A program made the position numbers and the translations under genes. Of a DNA stretch of 64,000 nucleotides, positions 1 to 19,600 are shown piece by piece (position 1 is the stretch's first letter; every line of letters begins with the position of its first letter). Below the pieces are notes generated by a model, which worked only from the letters and a program-made list of their open reading frames with translations, ran no database searches and was not told the origin of the DNA. Source of the stretch: Tubiluchus corallicola (Eukaryota; Animalia; Priapulida); the NCBI GenBank assembly GCA_030141605.1, contig JAQGDQ010000120.1, positions 496,001 through 560,000 on the forward strand, read 5' to 3'.

Positions 1-366
1 TTCCGCCAACTGTCCCATACAGTTTGAACATGAATTGTCCCCATAGATTGGTGGTTTACTGGACTGTGCACGTTTAATGAAACTTAGTCGGAAACTCAAT
101 GCTGCGGGACAAGCTGCTGTCAGTTTTCCTCTTGATTGTTCAGAATGGTTTAGTATATCTCTATTTTTATTCTATAAGCTTGTATGTTTTTGTCCAAAGT
201 TAAAAAACTGCTGATAACGTTAACCTTTGAATAAAATTTCGTTATTTCTAATGGAGATATGAAGCATTATCATAAACTGCAGTGCTTTTCTCAAGAACAG
301 GCAGGCGGACACCCTGGTAAGCCAGAATTGGGAGATCTTTGCTAACAGTGACGCGTTTAATCTTGA

Positions 367-5179
<4,813 letters not shown>

Positions 5180-8100
5180 CGTTGGCTGCTTGTGAATAGT
5201 GAATTATACCAGTGTTAATATAGGAGAAGTTAACACACAATACCGTCATCTGTACTCTGGAGCAGGCTTAGGATTTGGGATAATTTGTAGGTGGAATATT
5301 TTCTATGGAACTTTTAATTAGTGATGGATGTTATACCACCAGTATGTAGTCAGTTATTGATACGCATAGCCTGTGTTTATTATGGAGTACATCGGTACCT
5401 CGCGGATAGCTCCGCGATTGTGGAGACAAAAGAGAAATATTAATGCTTCTTTGACAGCGTAAAGACAATGGATGAAGCCAGCTTTAATAACAGTATGGAT
5501 TGCAGTGAAGGCCACTTGTTTCTTGCTCAGGACCATAAGTTTCTATATAATATTGTTAATAATAGTCCATGGCAATGTTTGCTGGTTTTTCTTTCAACAT
5601 TCTTATACAGAAACCTGCTTGGTATTCTGTGACCATGCTTTACATTCGCAGAAGTCGGGTCCATCCTTCGTATACCTCATCCAAAGAAAGCTGTATTAGT
5701 AGCGTGAAAGTAACTATTAATCCATGAGCAATTGCTAAAGTCTTTGGCCTGCTGCTGGAGTTATACATCCATTGTTTATGACTACAGTGTTTTAAGTGGT
5801 TCATATGTGACCAACTACAAAAATGCTATGGCTAAGAGTCGCAAATGCTGCACATCTCGGCATTGGCCTAAGAAGCATTTTCTTGTGTTTACCGAGTAAC
5901 TTTGTACAGTATAAATACCTGCTTGTTTGCTTGTGCTTGTTATATAGGAAATGAAAGATACTGTTATTCTGTAGTTTCTCTTACTAGTTTCCCTATCCAA
6001 GTGTACCTAGCTCAGGATGCTTTTCTGAGCTTTTAAATCAATTTCACCAATCAGTAAGACCTAAAAAGGTTCTTTAGTTCTGGTAACCCATTTCCATATA
6101 TATTATTATGGCAATTCGCTTTTCAGTTTATCAATATACTCGTTATTTAGTTTCCTAGTAATAATTACTGCTGAACTCCTTTGCCTTTGAACTCTTAATA
6201 TTTCTTAAATTTATTTCTGTTGTAGAAGTTGTCATCTTGCACTCAAGATGACTTCTTTGGATTCATATTTAATGCTTGGCCCTAAGTGAATCAATTGGCA
6301 TGTTTACAGAATCTTTGTCCCTTAGTAGTCTATTGTTATACAGGCATTGTTATACTAGAATTGGCAATAGTACGTAACCTGCAAAGACAGCAGACTTGTA
6401 TGCAATATTTTTTCCTTTCACCACTAATGGTTTTTTTTATTTTCAGAATAAATTAAAACTTCATAGGCATTTTCTTTCTGCTTCATAAGTGAAGTACTAG
6501 TTTTGGTACATATTCTTAGTAGAGTCTTTTATTCTTGTAGAAAATTTTAGTTTTTTATGTCATTTTGATGAGTTTTATAAAGAATGCACTCAATTACATT
6601 GCAATAAAATACTGTCTAATGTTCATTAAGATGCTGTGCTTTTCCTGACACTAGTTTTTTACATGTCACCAGAACTAAAAAACGTTTCTAGATTTAAGTA
6701 CAGTATGAATGAAACTATGAATGCAAGCTGCATATCTCTGTGACTTCGTTTTTGTTTGTAAAAAATATGATGATGCGCCATAACATAATCACAAACCAGA
6801 TAATACCGTGTTCATTGAAACTTGGTATAGACTCATTAGTCATTACCCTATTAGAGACAGTTTCAGTTGATGCTAAGTTTTGCATACATTGTCAATGTTT
6901 CACACGTGGATCTTGTTTTTCAGCGGATTTTGGTTTTTATGGACAGAATTGAGCTTAGTTTGTGTCTTTTCTATCTAAAATGTTTCCAATTTGTTTTCCT
7001 GGTAGTACATTAAACTTAGTTAAAACCTTTGCATCTCATTAACTGCACATTACTTTGAATGTGAATGTTTAAAATTAGTTTCTTTGGTGTTTCAGTCATA
7101 CTGTATTATGGCTGTGCTCTACTTGTTGTGTGTGTATTTGTTTTCACCACCTACACAGTTTTCTGAACCTCCTAATGTGCTTAATTCTGTTATAATAGGA
7201 GTTACAGCTTGGCAAACAGGTTTTTTCCTATGAATTTAGCTATCTTTGTGCCCGTTCAAAATTAGTTCTGTCTTCTTCATTTGGTTAGCAGCAGTAGTGC
7301 ATCCTGCATTGACAAACAAGACTTGATGTGTAAATTCTATTTGTTGCAAAGCAATAATTCCTGGTGTCGGCAAAATCACACTTATACATGGTGCATTGAG
7401 ACTGCTGTTATTCCTCATAACGCAGTAGTTATTTGCCTTTGGGGTGTTTTGTGTATAGGTGGTAATCTAATGTGCAAGCAAGCATTGTTTGGGGTGGTTT
7501 TGGAGAACTGGGTTTTCTATAATGCAAATTAAAACAAGCCGTCTATAAGTGAAAGAGTTATTCCACTACACTCTGCAGACTTTCTCTCGAGTTTCGTGCG
7601 ACAACTATATGTGTGTCAGTTTTAGAGCAATGTTATTGTCGTTTAATGGTGCACATTTAATACCATGCTTATGTACATAAATAATTCAGGCATGCTAAGT
7701 CACTCAGTTGATGGCGTTTTTTCATCAACTGTTTTAACCTGATAAACTTGTACTTATACAAATATACTGTAAATAAGTCTATAATAATCACTAGTGCAAC
7801 AGTTATTAAGTTCTTGGTGGTTTTTAAAATGAGCATGTTTCTTAGTGATTTTTAGATACTGTAACATGTTTTATTTTGGCCATTTTGTCAAGCTCTTGGA
7901 CATTGCTTGATAGAAGGATGTTACTTGCTGTGAATAGATCATTTTACTCTTGAAATTTGAAGCTGGCCCTAGAGTTTGACAATCTGGAACATATTTTCTA
8001 TAGTTTTAGTTCACAAAACTGTACATAAAGTCGTTTCATCTTGTTTTTGTATCTGCCTTTTTACTATGGTTTGTTCTAGTTTTTCGTGGCTGTCACTTTT

Positions 8101-10491
8101 TTAGATGTAGCATTTTTAAGAAACTGAAACTGCAGGTGTTAGCATTGTGACCATAACAACTACATTTCATTAGCTACTGTCGTACACGTGTGAGTAATTG
8201 TAAATCATGGACCGGTTTTTTTATGTAAAAAGTTTTAGCCAGTCAGTTGAAGCTTGCTACCTAACAGTCTCTATTTTCTCTGGAGTAAATTCTATTATGA
8301 ACCAGTAAGACCACAAAATGGCTTGTTTAGCTTTGCTGTTCATTTTTTGGTAAAAAATAATCTTGCATTTGACGGATTTTTGGAGCCATGTTGCGTTAAC
8401 AACTTGGTAGTAGAAGTGTTACCTTTACGTAAGAGAATCTGCTATTAAAAAAGACACTAATTTGTCCCAAGTTGGTAACACTTTTTCTGTCAACAACCAT
8501 GCCTAATAACTGGGATAAAAAATTCTGTGGACCAGGAGTTTATAACTGTAGCAAGTAAATAGTTCATAAGTAATAGGCAATCGTGCTACATCCGGACTTA
8601 TTTGTAATTTATCTGTAGCGTGTAATACTTATCTTGGTGTTGTTCACAGATGGTGGAAGCCATATGAAGTTATTCACTATAATATGAACTGAACAATTGA
8701 GTTAATTTATTGTTGAGTTAAATGTTTTGAAATGATTTTATTTCTAATGTGACGTATTGTTAAGTGGCAGTTTCGCAGTATGACACCTGTAACTGTCAGG
8801 TTATGCAAACGATGAAAATTTTTTCAATTCATGGTTTTTGTCATCTCCCATGCAGACGTTGTATCATAATAATTACTTATGCTCTTGCATAGTTCATCTG
8901 TGTATAAGTCATCCTGCTTGTATAGTGCATGTGTAATGAAGCAGCAAAATGCAAAACACGTGTTTGCTGCTTCCTGCGTCACGCTTGTTTATCATTAAAA
9001 TGAAATGGATACTTAAGTAATAGCAGTTCGGTTGTTTGTTTTAATCTTGAAACATTGCAGTTTTGAAAATTCCTGAAAATACGTAAATGGCTCTAGTCAG
9101 TCTAACGGGATGTGTGGCGACTGTGGACATTTTCAAAAATACATAAACTATCTGGTTCAAAAAAAATCAGAAGGGTTGCAATTGGTGCAGCTGTTCCTTG
9201 TAATGTTGTGTACATCCAGTGTTAATCTCCACTGGGTAAGCATCAGCTGCATCACAACTAGAGAATATTTACCATCAGTAAAACCTCTCAAAGAAATTTA
9301 CAAGGGATTTGGTGTTTTATTATGCTCCTTATTTAGAAGAATAAAACTACATTTTTTAAATCAAGCATTTATTTTCAGTGTACAATCCCGTGACATTTTT
9401 TCTACAGCATGTCACAAACTCAAACTAATAATAGTCAACATGAATATATTTACAAGCTCAAAACTAAATTTACTGTAACACTGTACAGAGCATTTTTAAA
9501 AACATACAAGGTCACAAATGTATACTGGTAAATATAAATAAAACAAACAAACTTCACCATTTTATTAATATTTAAATAAAATGAATAACAAAAAACTCAG
9601 CACAACTTGTTAGCAATTTTTTATAAACTAAGATTCCACATGGGAAAAATTTATCTGTAAAACAAAAAATTCATTATTGTCAAATAGCTACAAGAATCAC
9701 TGCCTGTTACATAAACATATTATTAAAGGAAAAGACAAGACTTAGCACGTTGGATTTATTTTGCTGTTATCACTTAAACTTAGAAAAATATAACAAAGAA
9801 ATTTGCAAAAAAAACTATATAAAGCATAAAGTTATTTTATACAACAGCTGTATGGATGCAGTGGTAAGTCACCATTCACTTGAAAATTAAAACATAATTG
9901 GTGTACTTCGTGACTTTCAGCAAGAATGCACTGCTTAAACTAATTCAAACTTTTGCAGCTTACCTAAGGTTATATTTGTAAGGGAAATTGAGAGTTAGCT
10001 GATGAATGACATCACTGATAGAAGAGTGGGCATTCAAAATGAGGGCATCCGAGAGTGAAGTGATTTTACTAATAACACAACGTGCTTTATTTATCAAAAC
10101 CTTCCAGCATTTTGAGTGAACACTGAAATAAGCCTAGCTTCCCAGAAAGCTTGACCCTTTAACATAACATGACCAAGGCTTACTAGACAGTAGTAATGCA
10201 TTCAACTAAATTATTGGGCATTTATGCAGTTATAATTAATTTAACATAAATTTGCCAACAAAATTACTTAATTTTCAGTAAACAGGCTCAGTAATGATAA
10301 TGCAACATACTGTAATGGCTGCATTACATTGCACACGAGACACATTGCACATCATCTTTTTATTGGTCCCGTACAGTAATTATTAAATTACTTGGCCATA
10401 CCTATTAGTCAAACGTGAAGATGTAAAAGAGGTAGCAAGAAAATCAATGAATTATGCAAGTTATAGCATGATACACACGTGAACATGGTCA

Positions 10492-10624
10492 TTAACTTGT
10501 CGTTTCATTGCGAAGTTGCTCCGTGAGGACAAGTATTCGTTTGCTCAAAGTGGTGTTATGCTGCTGGAGGTATCGGATCATATCTGCTTGTTTCTCTAGC
10601 ACATCATCAAGCTGATTTTCGTCT
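10492..10624 (-). CDS. TMEM192: TMEM192 last exon (coiled coil, ...RNETTS*)
   Basis: [14 protein letters not shown] motif, TAA stop. Confidence 0.93.
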
Positions 10625-13600
10625 CTACCAAAGACAAGCAAAACCGCCAAGTTTAATGGTGATCATGCTATGCAGCAAAAGGAGAAACCATAACCCTTAT
10701 AGACTTTCAGAATTTCAAGAAACATTTTTGAAGCACTAGGAAAAGTAAAGAATTGTTGAATAACTATTAAAAAATAACAAGGCAGCCAGCACAAAGATAA
10801 CTGTTTGGTATTAATAAGGAAAACTACTGCCCATCCCCAAGCTCCATGATTTAACCATCACTACCCGATCTAGAGGACTGGCTAGCAACGTTGGATGCGG
10901 GCTTCACAGTACAGCTAAACTTGTAACAAAACTGCATTTCTATATTACTGTGGTGCATTGAAATGTGCAGCAAGTGTCACAACTAGATGATTATCAACAA
11001 GTTCTTTTGCAGAAGTGATGTTGACAAAGGGATCCGAAAAAACAGGCTCTGCTTTAAGGCACATTTCTTTGTGATGTTGACTGTAGATGCAATGTGTAAC
11101 AAATGCAGTTAATAAAACCCTTGGAAAATAACATTGGAAAAGAAAACTCGCAGTTGCAAATGTCTCGAGACTGATCACACTGCAACTTAACGACATTGTT
11201 GGAATACTTCCTTATTCCCAAAGGTTATGTTCACGGCTTTTTCAGAAACGAAATTTTGCAAAATAAAAGCTACTTGAACTAGCTGAAAGCCAAAGAATGT
11301 CCGTCATATTTCATGAAACTATATGCCATTTAAAAAATAGAATGTGAAGATGATGGGAACTATAAAATTTGGCATTATGTCTCAATATTCTAAACTATTC
11401 AGGAAGTACATGACGACAACACAAAGGTTGAAAAATGCCAACATTTATTTCATTGATAAATGTTAACATGTCAGCTAAATTTTGTCTTCAAAAAAAGATA
11501 CCCTTCTAAAGTGCATGTTTCTGTTACCTACTGTGTTGGTTGACTTTACATAGTGCCAAAAACTATCACGTTACTATGGAACTTCAGAGAAAAAATCAAC
11601 TAGTTGTAAAACTAGCAAGATAATACACAAGAATACATGGTTTTATTTCTGTATTATACATGCAAGGGTAAATAAGTAAGCAAGCAATTCACTGTCATTA
11701 TATTATAATACATGTAATGTAATTTTGGTAGGTTTACGTAAAACAAAACAAAAATTGATAAATAAATTTAATCAGTTACTGCATAAGTTCTATACTGAAA
11801 TTTAAATGTGATGGAGTCAAAAGTGCAACGAAATAGAAAGTCCTTGTGGTTTTAGTGCTAAGTGAATGGTATCTACAGCCAAAGGGGAGCATTTCAAAAA
11901 ACTATAAATAGATAAAACCCAGAATATAAATTGTGTGAATAAACATTATTTGGTAAAACTGTATTTTTTAATAATAACTCTGAATAAAAAGTAATCAGTT
12001 ACCATAGAACTAATTGTTCGTATTAATTTACTGGTTAGAATAGACACTTTAATTACCAACCTGATTCCAACTTCAGACGTGTTGAACTGCGAACGCATAA
12101 AATGAGACATGAGTTCTTCTTGTTGAACATCAGGACTGGCACGAGCTCGGTTAAACCTTATTGTTCTCACTGGAAAACATTGATGAGCAAATTCATACAC
12201 ACCATAACCATGCTAAAACCATTACTACTACTATGATTATGACATAATCATCTTCTCAAAAAAAAAGAGCAAGACAACTTTTATCAGTTATTCCTTGTTG
12301 TGCTCAATGGTAATCCTCAGAAAATTACTGCTTTGAGAACAGCAAACAAAAGGCATCAGCCTAACATGGGCAAATAAATACTCGGCTCAGCACTTGTTGT
12401 ACTGATACACCTACTTTTACACAAAACACTAACACTAACTACTGCTAAAAACCAAATCTTGCTAATATAAATAACAGAGAAGACCAATAGTAACTAACAT
12501 CAGTTTAAATACCTGCAGTTGACTATTTTCGGTCACTACTATAATCTTTTTTGCTGTTAGAAAGATTTCTAGTTAATTGTACTGAGTTTTCGAACAGATT
12601 TAATGTGAATTCATGGCATTAAGCGACAGGCTTTGCTAATTTTTTGTTCTCTCATGAGGGATCTTTGATAGGCTAGTTGCCAAACAGTCAATTCATCGCT
12701 TTCACAGTAACTGAATGCTACGCTTCATAAATTTTTGCGGAAAATTTATGGTAATTATAGTTTGATTGACATAATTAGAGGCTGGCGATACCATGGTAAA
12801 GGTGTGAACTCTGGGAGTAATAAAGCAATATCAATTTATTATATCTCACATTGTTATAGTTGTATAATTACTATGGCAGTTGATGCATTCCAGTAATACT
12901 TCAACATGCGCACAGAAATAGTTATGAATGAAGAGTGTATGTCAAATCACTGATTTTAGAAATGATGTCAAGTTCACTCAAGTCTATGCTGCACTTCTGC
13001 CTTGCTAGCTCCTTCTAACTGCCTGCCAACACATTTTAAAACACTCTGTCTTGTACAATTAGCTGCCTAAATAAGAATGGCATCTATTCCCTGTCTTATC
13101 ATATAAAGAAGAGCGCATGCGTCTGTATATTTACATTAAAAAATCATCCGTTTTCTTTTCCTAGCTGCCCTTACTTTTGAGGGTCACCTACTGTTGGACA
13201 GAACCAAGGTGGAGCTTCTAAGAGGTAATTCATGAGTCGCAAAATACATCACATATTGAAAGTATTACACCTTCTTTACGCATTCATTCAATGTTCATAA
13301 TATTTATCAATGGTTTGTTTTGTTGCAATGTAACTTGTACTCTTGCAATGTAAGATTATAAACATATTTGTTTTGCCGTGAAGTCTGACTCATTCTCGTT
13401 TCTCATGTATTGTCTGCAGCTATTTCTTACATTTTAACAGTTCTTACCTAGACTTATAAACTGTTTACTAGAGCAAATAATTCCGAAGCACATCAAAAAT
13501 TGATGTAATTCAGCATAGATAATTCTTCCATGCGACCAACTACTCCTATAGAAATTCGATATTAGTTTATGAAGTCCACAAACAGCAACTTATGTAAAAG

Positions 13601-16600
13601 GTTCTTGTGGACATAACTGCAGAAGAGTAACTAAACAAGCAATGAAATGACACATACAAGAAATAAGAAAACAGTGCAGACAGAATAAGAAGTCAAAATA
13701 ATGTTAACACCAAACTAAATCTAAGTTACATGACACATCCAACGAAACACTTGCTGCCACTAATACTCACATACGTACCAAGATAAACTGAAAGGCACGG
13801 TAGAACCACGAGGAACTCCAGGGTAAAAGCTATTTGTATATAATTGACTGGTTTCAAAGTGGAGCTTCCACAGAGTTGTTCACTTGTGCAGTTATCAGCC
13901 AGTAGCGTTGAAAGTGCTAAGAGCAGTGCATTACCTATAATTTAGAAAAAAATTTCAATTTGTTCAGCAAAAAATTATCTGAAATGTGCATTCAAATTTT
14001 TCATGTTAGTTAATTATTTCATATTGCATAAATTCTTATGAATAAAAATTTTAAGCTAAATGCACATAGTATGTCAACAAATTAATCTGGTTTCACAACT
14101 TAGCAAAAAAAGAAGCTTATATATCCAAATTAAAAACAAAACCCAATCCAAGATATACTGTAACACCCAAACTTTATATATTTATCAACTCCCTTAATGA
14201 AGGTAGGTGTTTGATTCTAATTTCCAATAATATTTAAACTTGAAATATGAAATCATTATTTAGGAATTGAACTGTCATTGTGACAAGACTCATACATTCA
14301 CATTAGAACCAACTTAATCTAAGACATATAAAAGCACTCAAATTTTACATATTTACCAATTCCCTAAATTAAATGTAAGCCTTCTAAAGTTCGATTCTAA
14401 TTACTAATAATACATAATGTTGTGATACGCAATCATTAGTTTGGAATTAACATGTGATTTTTATGACATATTGTACTTAGCACTCTTTGCAATATTTAGC
14501 ACTGCAGCAAAAAAATGGGTATAGCGCATTCAGACTAGAGATTTTCTTCACCACGTTAGCTCGCAAAGTAACTTGCAAGTGCATTCATTTAGTGTCAGAG
14601 TTCGCAACTGCTTGTTAGCAGTAATCTACAAAGCCGTTCACACTTTGAAGTTTGCTGTCAGAGAGAAAACCTGCTAGTCTGAAAGTGCCACAACTCTGTT
14701 AAATATTAAATTCTTCTGAACAAACCTGCAGAAATCAGCAACAATGGAGATCTTCTGATTGTCTTGGTACATCTATAAAACTCTAAGTAACCATTGTTTC
14801 TGAGTTCTTGGTGTCTTCGTTGACAGTACGCATCAACAATGAGAAATACTAGCCAAACAATAGCATGTAGGTACAAAAGTAACGAGTACGTAGATAATGT
14901 TCCAGATATATGTTCATCAAAATACGGTAGTAAAAATGCCACACTTTCTAAAGCAACCTAGAAAAAAATTTGGAAACAACATTATTATCTGCACGAACAA
15001 TATTACTAGCTTCTCACACCATTAGATTCAGTTAGAACATATTTTATTCCAAATTCTCCCTTTCTCCTCGCCTTCATCAATTTCAATTATGAGTGCTATC
15101 CCCTCATTCACTGGTTCTTCTATACTAAAATATTTCAAAACGATATAAGAGCACAATTGAGTTCGCTAGTTGCTCTACTGGGCCACAAATGGTTTTGTCA
15201 AAACAACCTCGGTTAACAGGATTTTCAAGGTCAGCTAAGTTTCTGATAGGAAGTACTGCAATCAAGATTTCAGATGTCAGTCATAAATTTTTAATTAGAT
15301 TAAGTTAAAACTTACTTAGCTCCTGAACAGATATTACGTTCTTGCAATATAGTAAAAACAAATTTAATATTCTTCACTTACTAAAATTGGAACTATGTAT
15401 ACTAACGGCTTCCCCAATAAAAGTGCATAGACCATAGACCAATAAAATGTCTGAATGTTTGATGCCTTTATGCATGTGGGGTGTAACTTCCATCTCTGGA
15501 CAATTGGATGGGACTTATTAATTGTTAATAATAGCATTTCCTGTACTTTTACTTGTGTGGGTAGTGGTGCAATGACGTCTCCTTTTGTTTTATTTGCTCA
15601 TGTTACAATAAAGAATGCTACATTCGTTCTTAGGCTAAGAATACTAAATCAAAAATTTCTACGCATTTAACAAATTAATTCAAAGAAAATAAGCACTTGA
15701 ACATCCTAAGTGAACCTGCAGACTGTAAATATCATATAAACAATTACATACGGCTAATAATATGCACATTGCAATAGCCCATGATGTACGAATTGGCTGA
15801 AATTTTGGTCCTTCGTTGAGAGCTAATTGTGGGTTTACTAGCCCAGTTGCATCATCATCATCACTGTTGATTGAGCCATCTATTCCAATTTGAAACCCTT
15901 GCTATAACAAAAAAATATATTATTAAGATATGCAGCTCAAACATTAATATGTCAATTATTTTGTCTTTAATAACACTGAAATAGCTGTATGAAGACACCA
16001 CAAGTTGCAAAATTTCACAGTAGACGAATAGTACTCTTGAAGGACATTACTGTATAAACAGTCGTTATTCTTTTGTAGTTCTGAAAGATCAGAAAAGCCA
16101 CAATTTGCCCAGTTTTTGTCTTCGAGCTGCAATGACAGCCCAGACTCAAAGCATCTGCCAATAGTCCCATGCAAGTATCAAACAAAGATTATAGTACGTA
16201 ATCTTAAAAAGTTATTCCATAGATTAAACCTGTGCTACAGTATCTGGTGGCACACATTGTGAGTCAGAAGTCATTGTGAGCCATGGATGAGTGTTCATGG
16301 TATAGACGCAACCATTACAAACAACACTTGTTAATTTGACTGAACAAGTCAATATAACATGTATTCGAGGATAAAAGCATACATAGAATATGAAATAATT
16401 TGGCGTAAGAGTGGGGCAAAATGTATCTGAACTTTATAACAGTCAACAGTATAGAACTATCCAAACTCTGCATTTTACAACATTCATGCACAGAATATAA
16501 AACAGCCTAGCATAAATTATTACAGTAAGACTTATAAACTTTGTACTAGTTTTGACTGTACAGACAGAGCTATCCGAGAATTCAGTAACAATATATTAAT

Positions 16601-19600
16601 TTCGGTGGTAACGGGCTCAATAAATATATTTTATGTGTATATATATACATACTTATATATATATATATATAGTTTTTAAGCTTTCTGGCACAATTTTCAG
16701 CGATCTACTTATCAAAGGAAAGATCTCAATCCAATGATGTCTCAGTACAGTTTATTTTTTGAATTGAGTCCACCGGGAGGAATAGTGTGTGAAGAACCTC
16801 CAAAACTGGCCTTTTTGGCCTTTTCTGCCATTATTCGCAAAACTTATACCTTTTGTGCCGTGGGCAGTGTGCACATGAAAACTGCAAAATTAGTTAGTTG
16901 TTCAGCTGATTAAGTTCAAAACAGATTTAATTTTTGGGTTTCAGCTATTACAGCTATTTTTCCTAAAGGTATGTTTATAATATAATGATAATCAATCGTT
17001 CATGGTATATTTGTAATCCAAATTGCAGAAGCAACATGATGTATTATGTTGAGAGTAAAATTTCAATGTTTTGTGTGATAAAATAAAAAATCTTATTGAA
17101 CAAGAGGCATATTTCATTTCCCTGGTCTATTGGTCACTCTCATAAAGTTTTACAATTATGATGAGAACTGATACCTAGCTCTACAATAGCCAAACAACTA
17201 ACTAGGCTTAGAAAAGATATGTGTTTGCTTTCTGGTTAAAGTCCGACTATACCAGTTTAAGCAACTCAACTTATTTTTTACCAGAAGTAAAAGCCATTCT
17301 GGGTTCATTGCTTTTTTTACATTTATCGAACACTTATAAATGTTATTTTTAAGTTTTTTCTTGCTTGCTGATCAGTGACTCCAAGTAAGATCATATTTTA
17401 TACAGTCTTCTAGGTTTTAGAAACAATATCACAGTCCTCTAGATTTTAGTAACAATGTACTCGAAATGGTCTTGAAGGCCTTCATGGCCACAAATAAATT
17501 TTGAACATGCTCAGTCATTTGCAGTGGGATCACAGAAATAGACCCACAATATGGTTAAAACAACGTAGTCGCATCATGAGCGCTACTCCATCACGTCTCC
17601 ATTGCACTAAGACTTTAAAGATGTAGTATCACTGTACTTGCATCAGTTTATAATTTTGGACCTGTCTGCTATATACTTTTAATGTGACACAATAGTGTGC
17701 ATAATAATTGTTGTACAGCACGGCAGTGTACAGACTCCACAGTATCAGCAATGAAGAAGTAAGTTTCTTGATTTTGACAAAAATTTTGGAGACACGGCTG
17801 CGATCAACGGGAACTTATTTTACTTTGGCGATTGCAACTGGGTCCTTGATTATGACAAAAATTTTGGAGACATGGCTGTGATCAACAAAAACCTTTTTTA
17901 CTTCAGCGAATGCAGATGTACGGGTCTTCAAGGTCACTTCCAGTATAATGTGGGCATAGCAAAACAATCTGAAGCATTATACAACTTATTTGTGGAGGAA
18001 CAACTTAGATGCAACTGCTATACACTAAGTACATTCCTACCTTTGGATGTCCAAAATAGGGAGATTAAGCTATGGGTCAAGGAAGTGCTGCAAATTCCTC
18101 ACAGTGAGTTTTTGCATCCTAGAATTTTTAAATGCCTGTTTTAAGACCAAATCTGGCAGCAGAAATGCCTTTCAGATAATGCTTTTGGAAAAACACTCGC
18201 TTTTCTTTGAATGTGCAAACAAGTTCGGAGAGAAGATAAATCTTTTAGTTAAAATACTATATTATAGCCAATAATTAAGTATTATTATGCAAGCTAAGTG
18301 CAATCACCCACTCCTATTCTATGTGCTGCATCCCCAGACGTTTTTCCACCTTGTCTAGACGGTGGATGGGATGTTCCATCTCACTGCGATCCTGTTTTGC
18401 GTGATGCTTACGTTGAGGTAACAGTTGGTGGAAAATCGAGATAAACATTTATAAATTGGGAGAATTGCAACATCTATATGGGAACTTATTTGAAATATAA
18501 AATTTGCAACTAATCAATGCCATTATTCTCCAAACCTAATGTGCTCTGCCCTAATACAGACAGCTAAGAGGTCTGAAAACTCATTGATGTTTGTAAGCAG
18601 CATATATATTCCTCAATAGTATTTTGTCATTAATGGTCACGTTACCAGACTGCTGTGCACAATGTAGGCTTATATCAAAATATAATGCGTGCTACTAGAT
18701 TGATTTATTGCTTCAAATTGTAATTATGCGGAGGTGTGACCTTATACTACAATTAAAAGCAGATTCCATTCAACTTTGTATAGTTATTATACGCTATGTA
18801 GAATTATACCATGGATATTTGTTGATATATTAAATTATAGTAAAAAATCATTTGTTCAAATTTAAGAAATGTAAATCTTGCAAAATGAGATTAAATTTCG
18901 TTCCTTTTAATAGATTTTTTTAGTTATGTTCAGTTGTACACTTGATGTATGCTACCAAACAACATTATTGAGCCATAGTGTCAAAGCCCTACAAGACCCG
19001 TAATTGCAAAAAAGTAGGGGTTTCAATGGATTGCTACACAAGATTAACACTTGCCTTAGAACATATACAGTGCAGCTATAAAGATAGAATTTTCACTTGC
19101 TAATAATTGACCTAAACTTTGCAAAGCAAATTATCCTGGCGAAAAATCAAGATGGTGAAATGCAGTGTTTATGCTGAGAAATTTGGAAGTTCAGTAGATA
19201 ACATAACGAACTTTTAAGTTCAATGAAAAGACATTCATATTTATTTGCACTTAGATACTTGAAAGATGCAAACAATGCCCCACTCCAGATTGCTGGATAA
19301 GTTAGAGCAATGAAACACACTGTCCTTTTACATGAAATTTAACTGATTTTGTTTGTTTCTCATTTGCAGTTCTACTACAACACACTCCTTGTCAATGTCA
19401 AAAATTTGAAAGGTGTCAGCGGCTCGTAATGAGACCGGTAAGCAAATTTATTTCCGACTTTTTGACACGCAATAGCGGGCCAGCGCTCCATAAATGCGAA
19501 CAGTATGAGCATGAGTATGTGTTTACCTGAAAGTCAGGATGTAGTTAATTTGTTTGCATGTAATCTATTCAGGAGGCAGGCAGGAACAGTTAACAAAGCA

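Noticed and set aside
6808-8370. miR-317 (GTGTTCA, 6808) and miR-277 (TGCATTT, 8364) seed matches in the putative DYRK1A 3' UTR
   Set aside because: Single 7-mers in about 4 kb of AT-rich sequence are near chance expectation, and the UTR extent is unknown.
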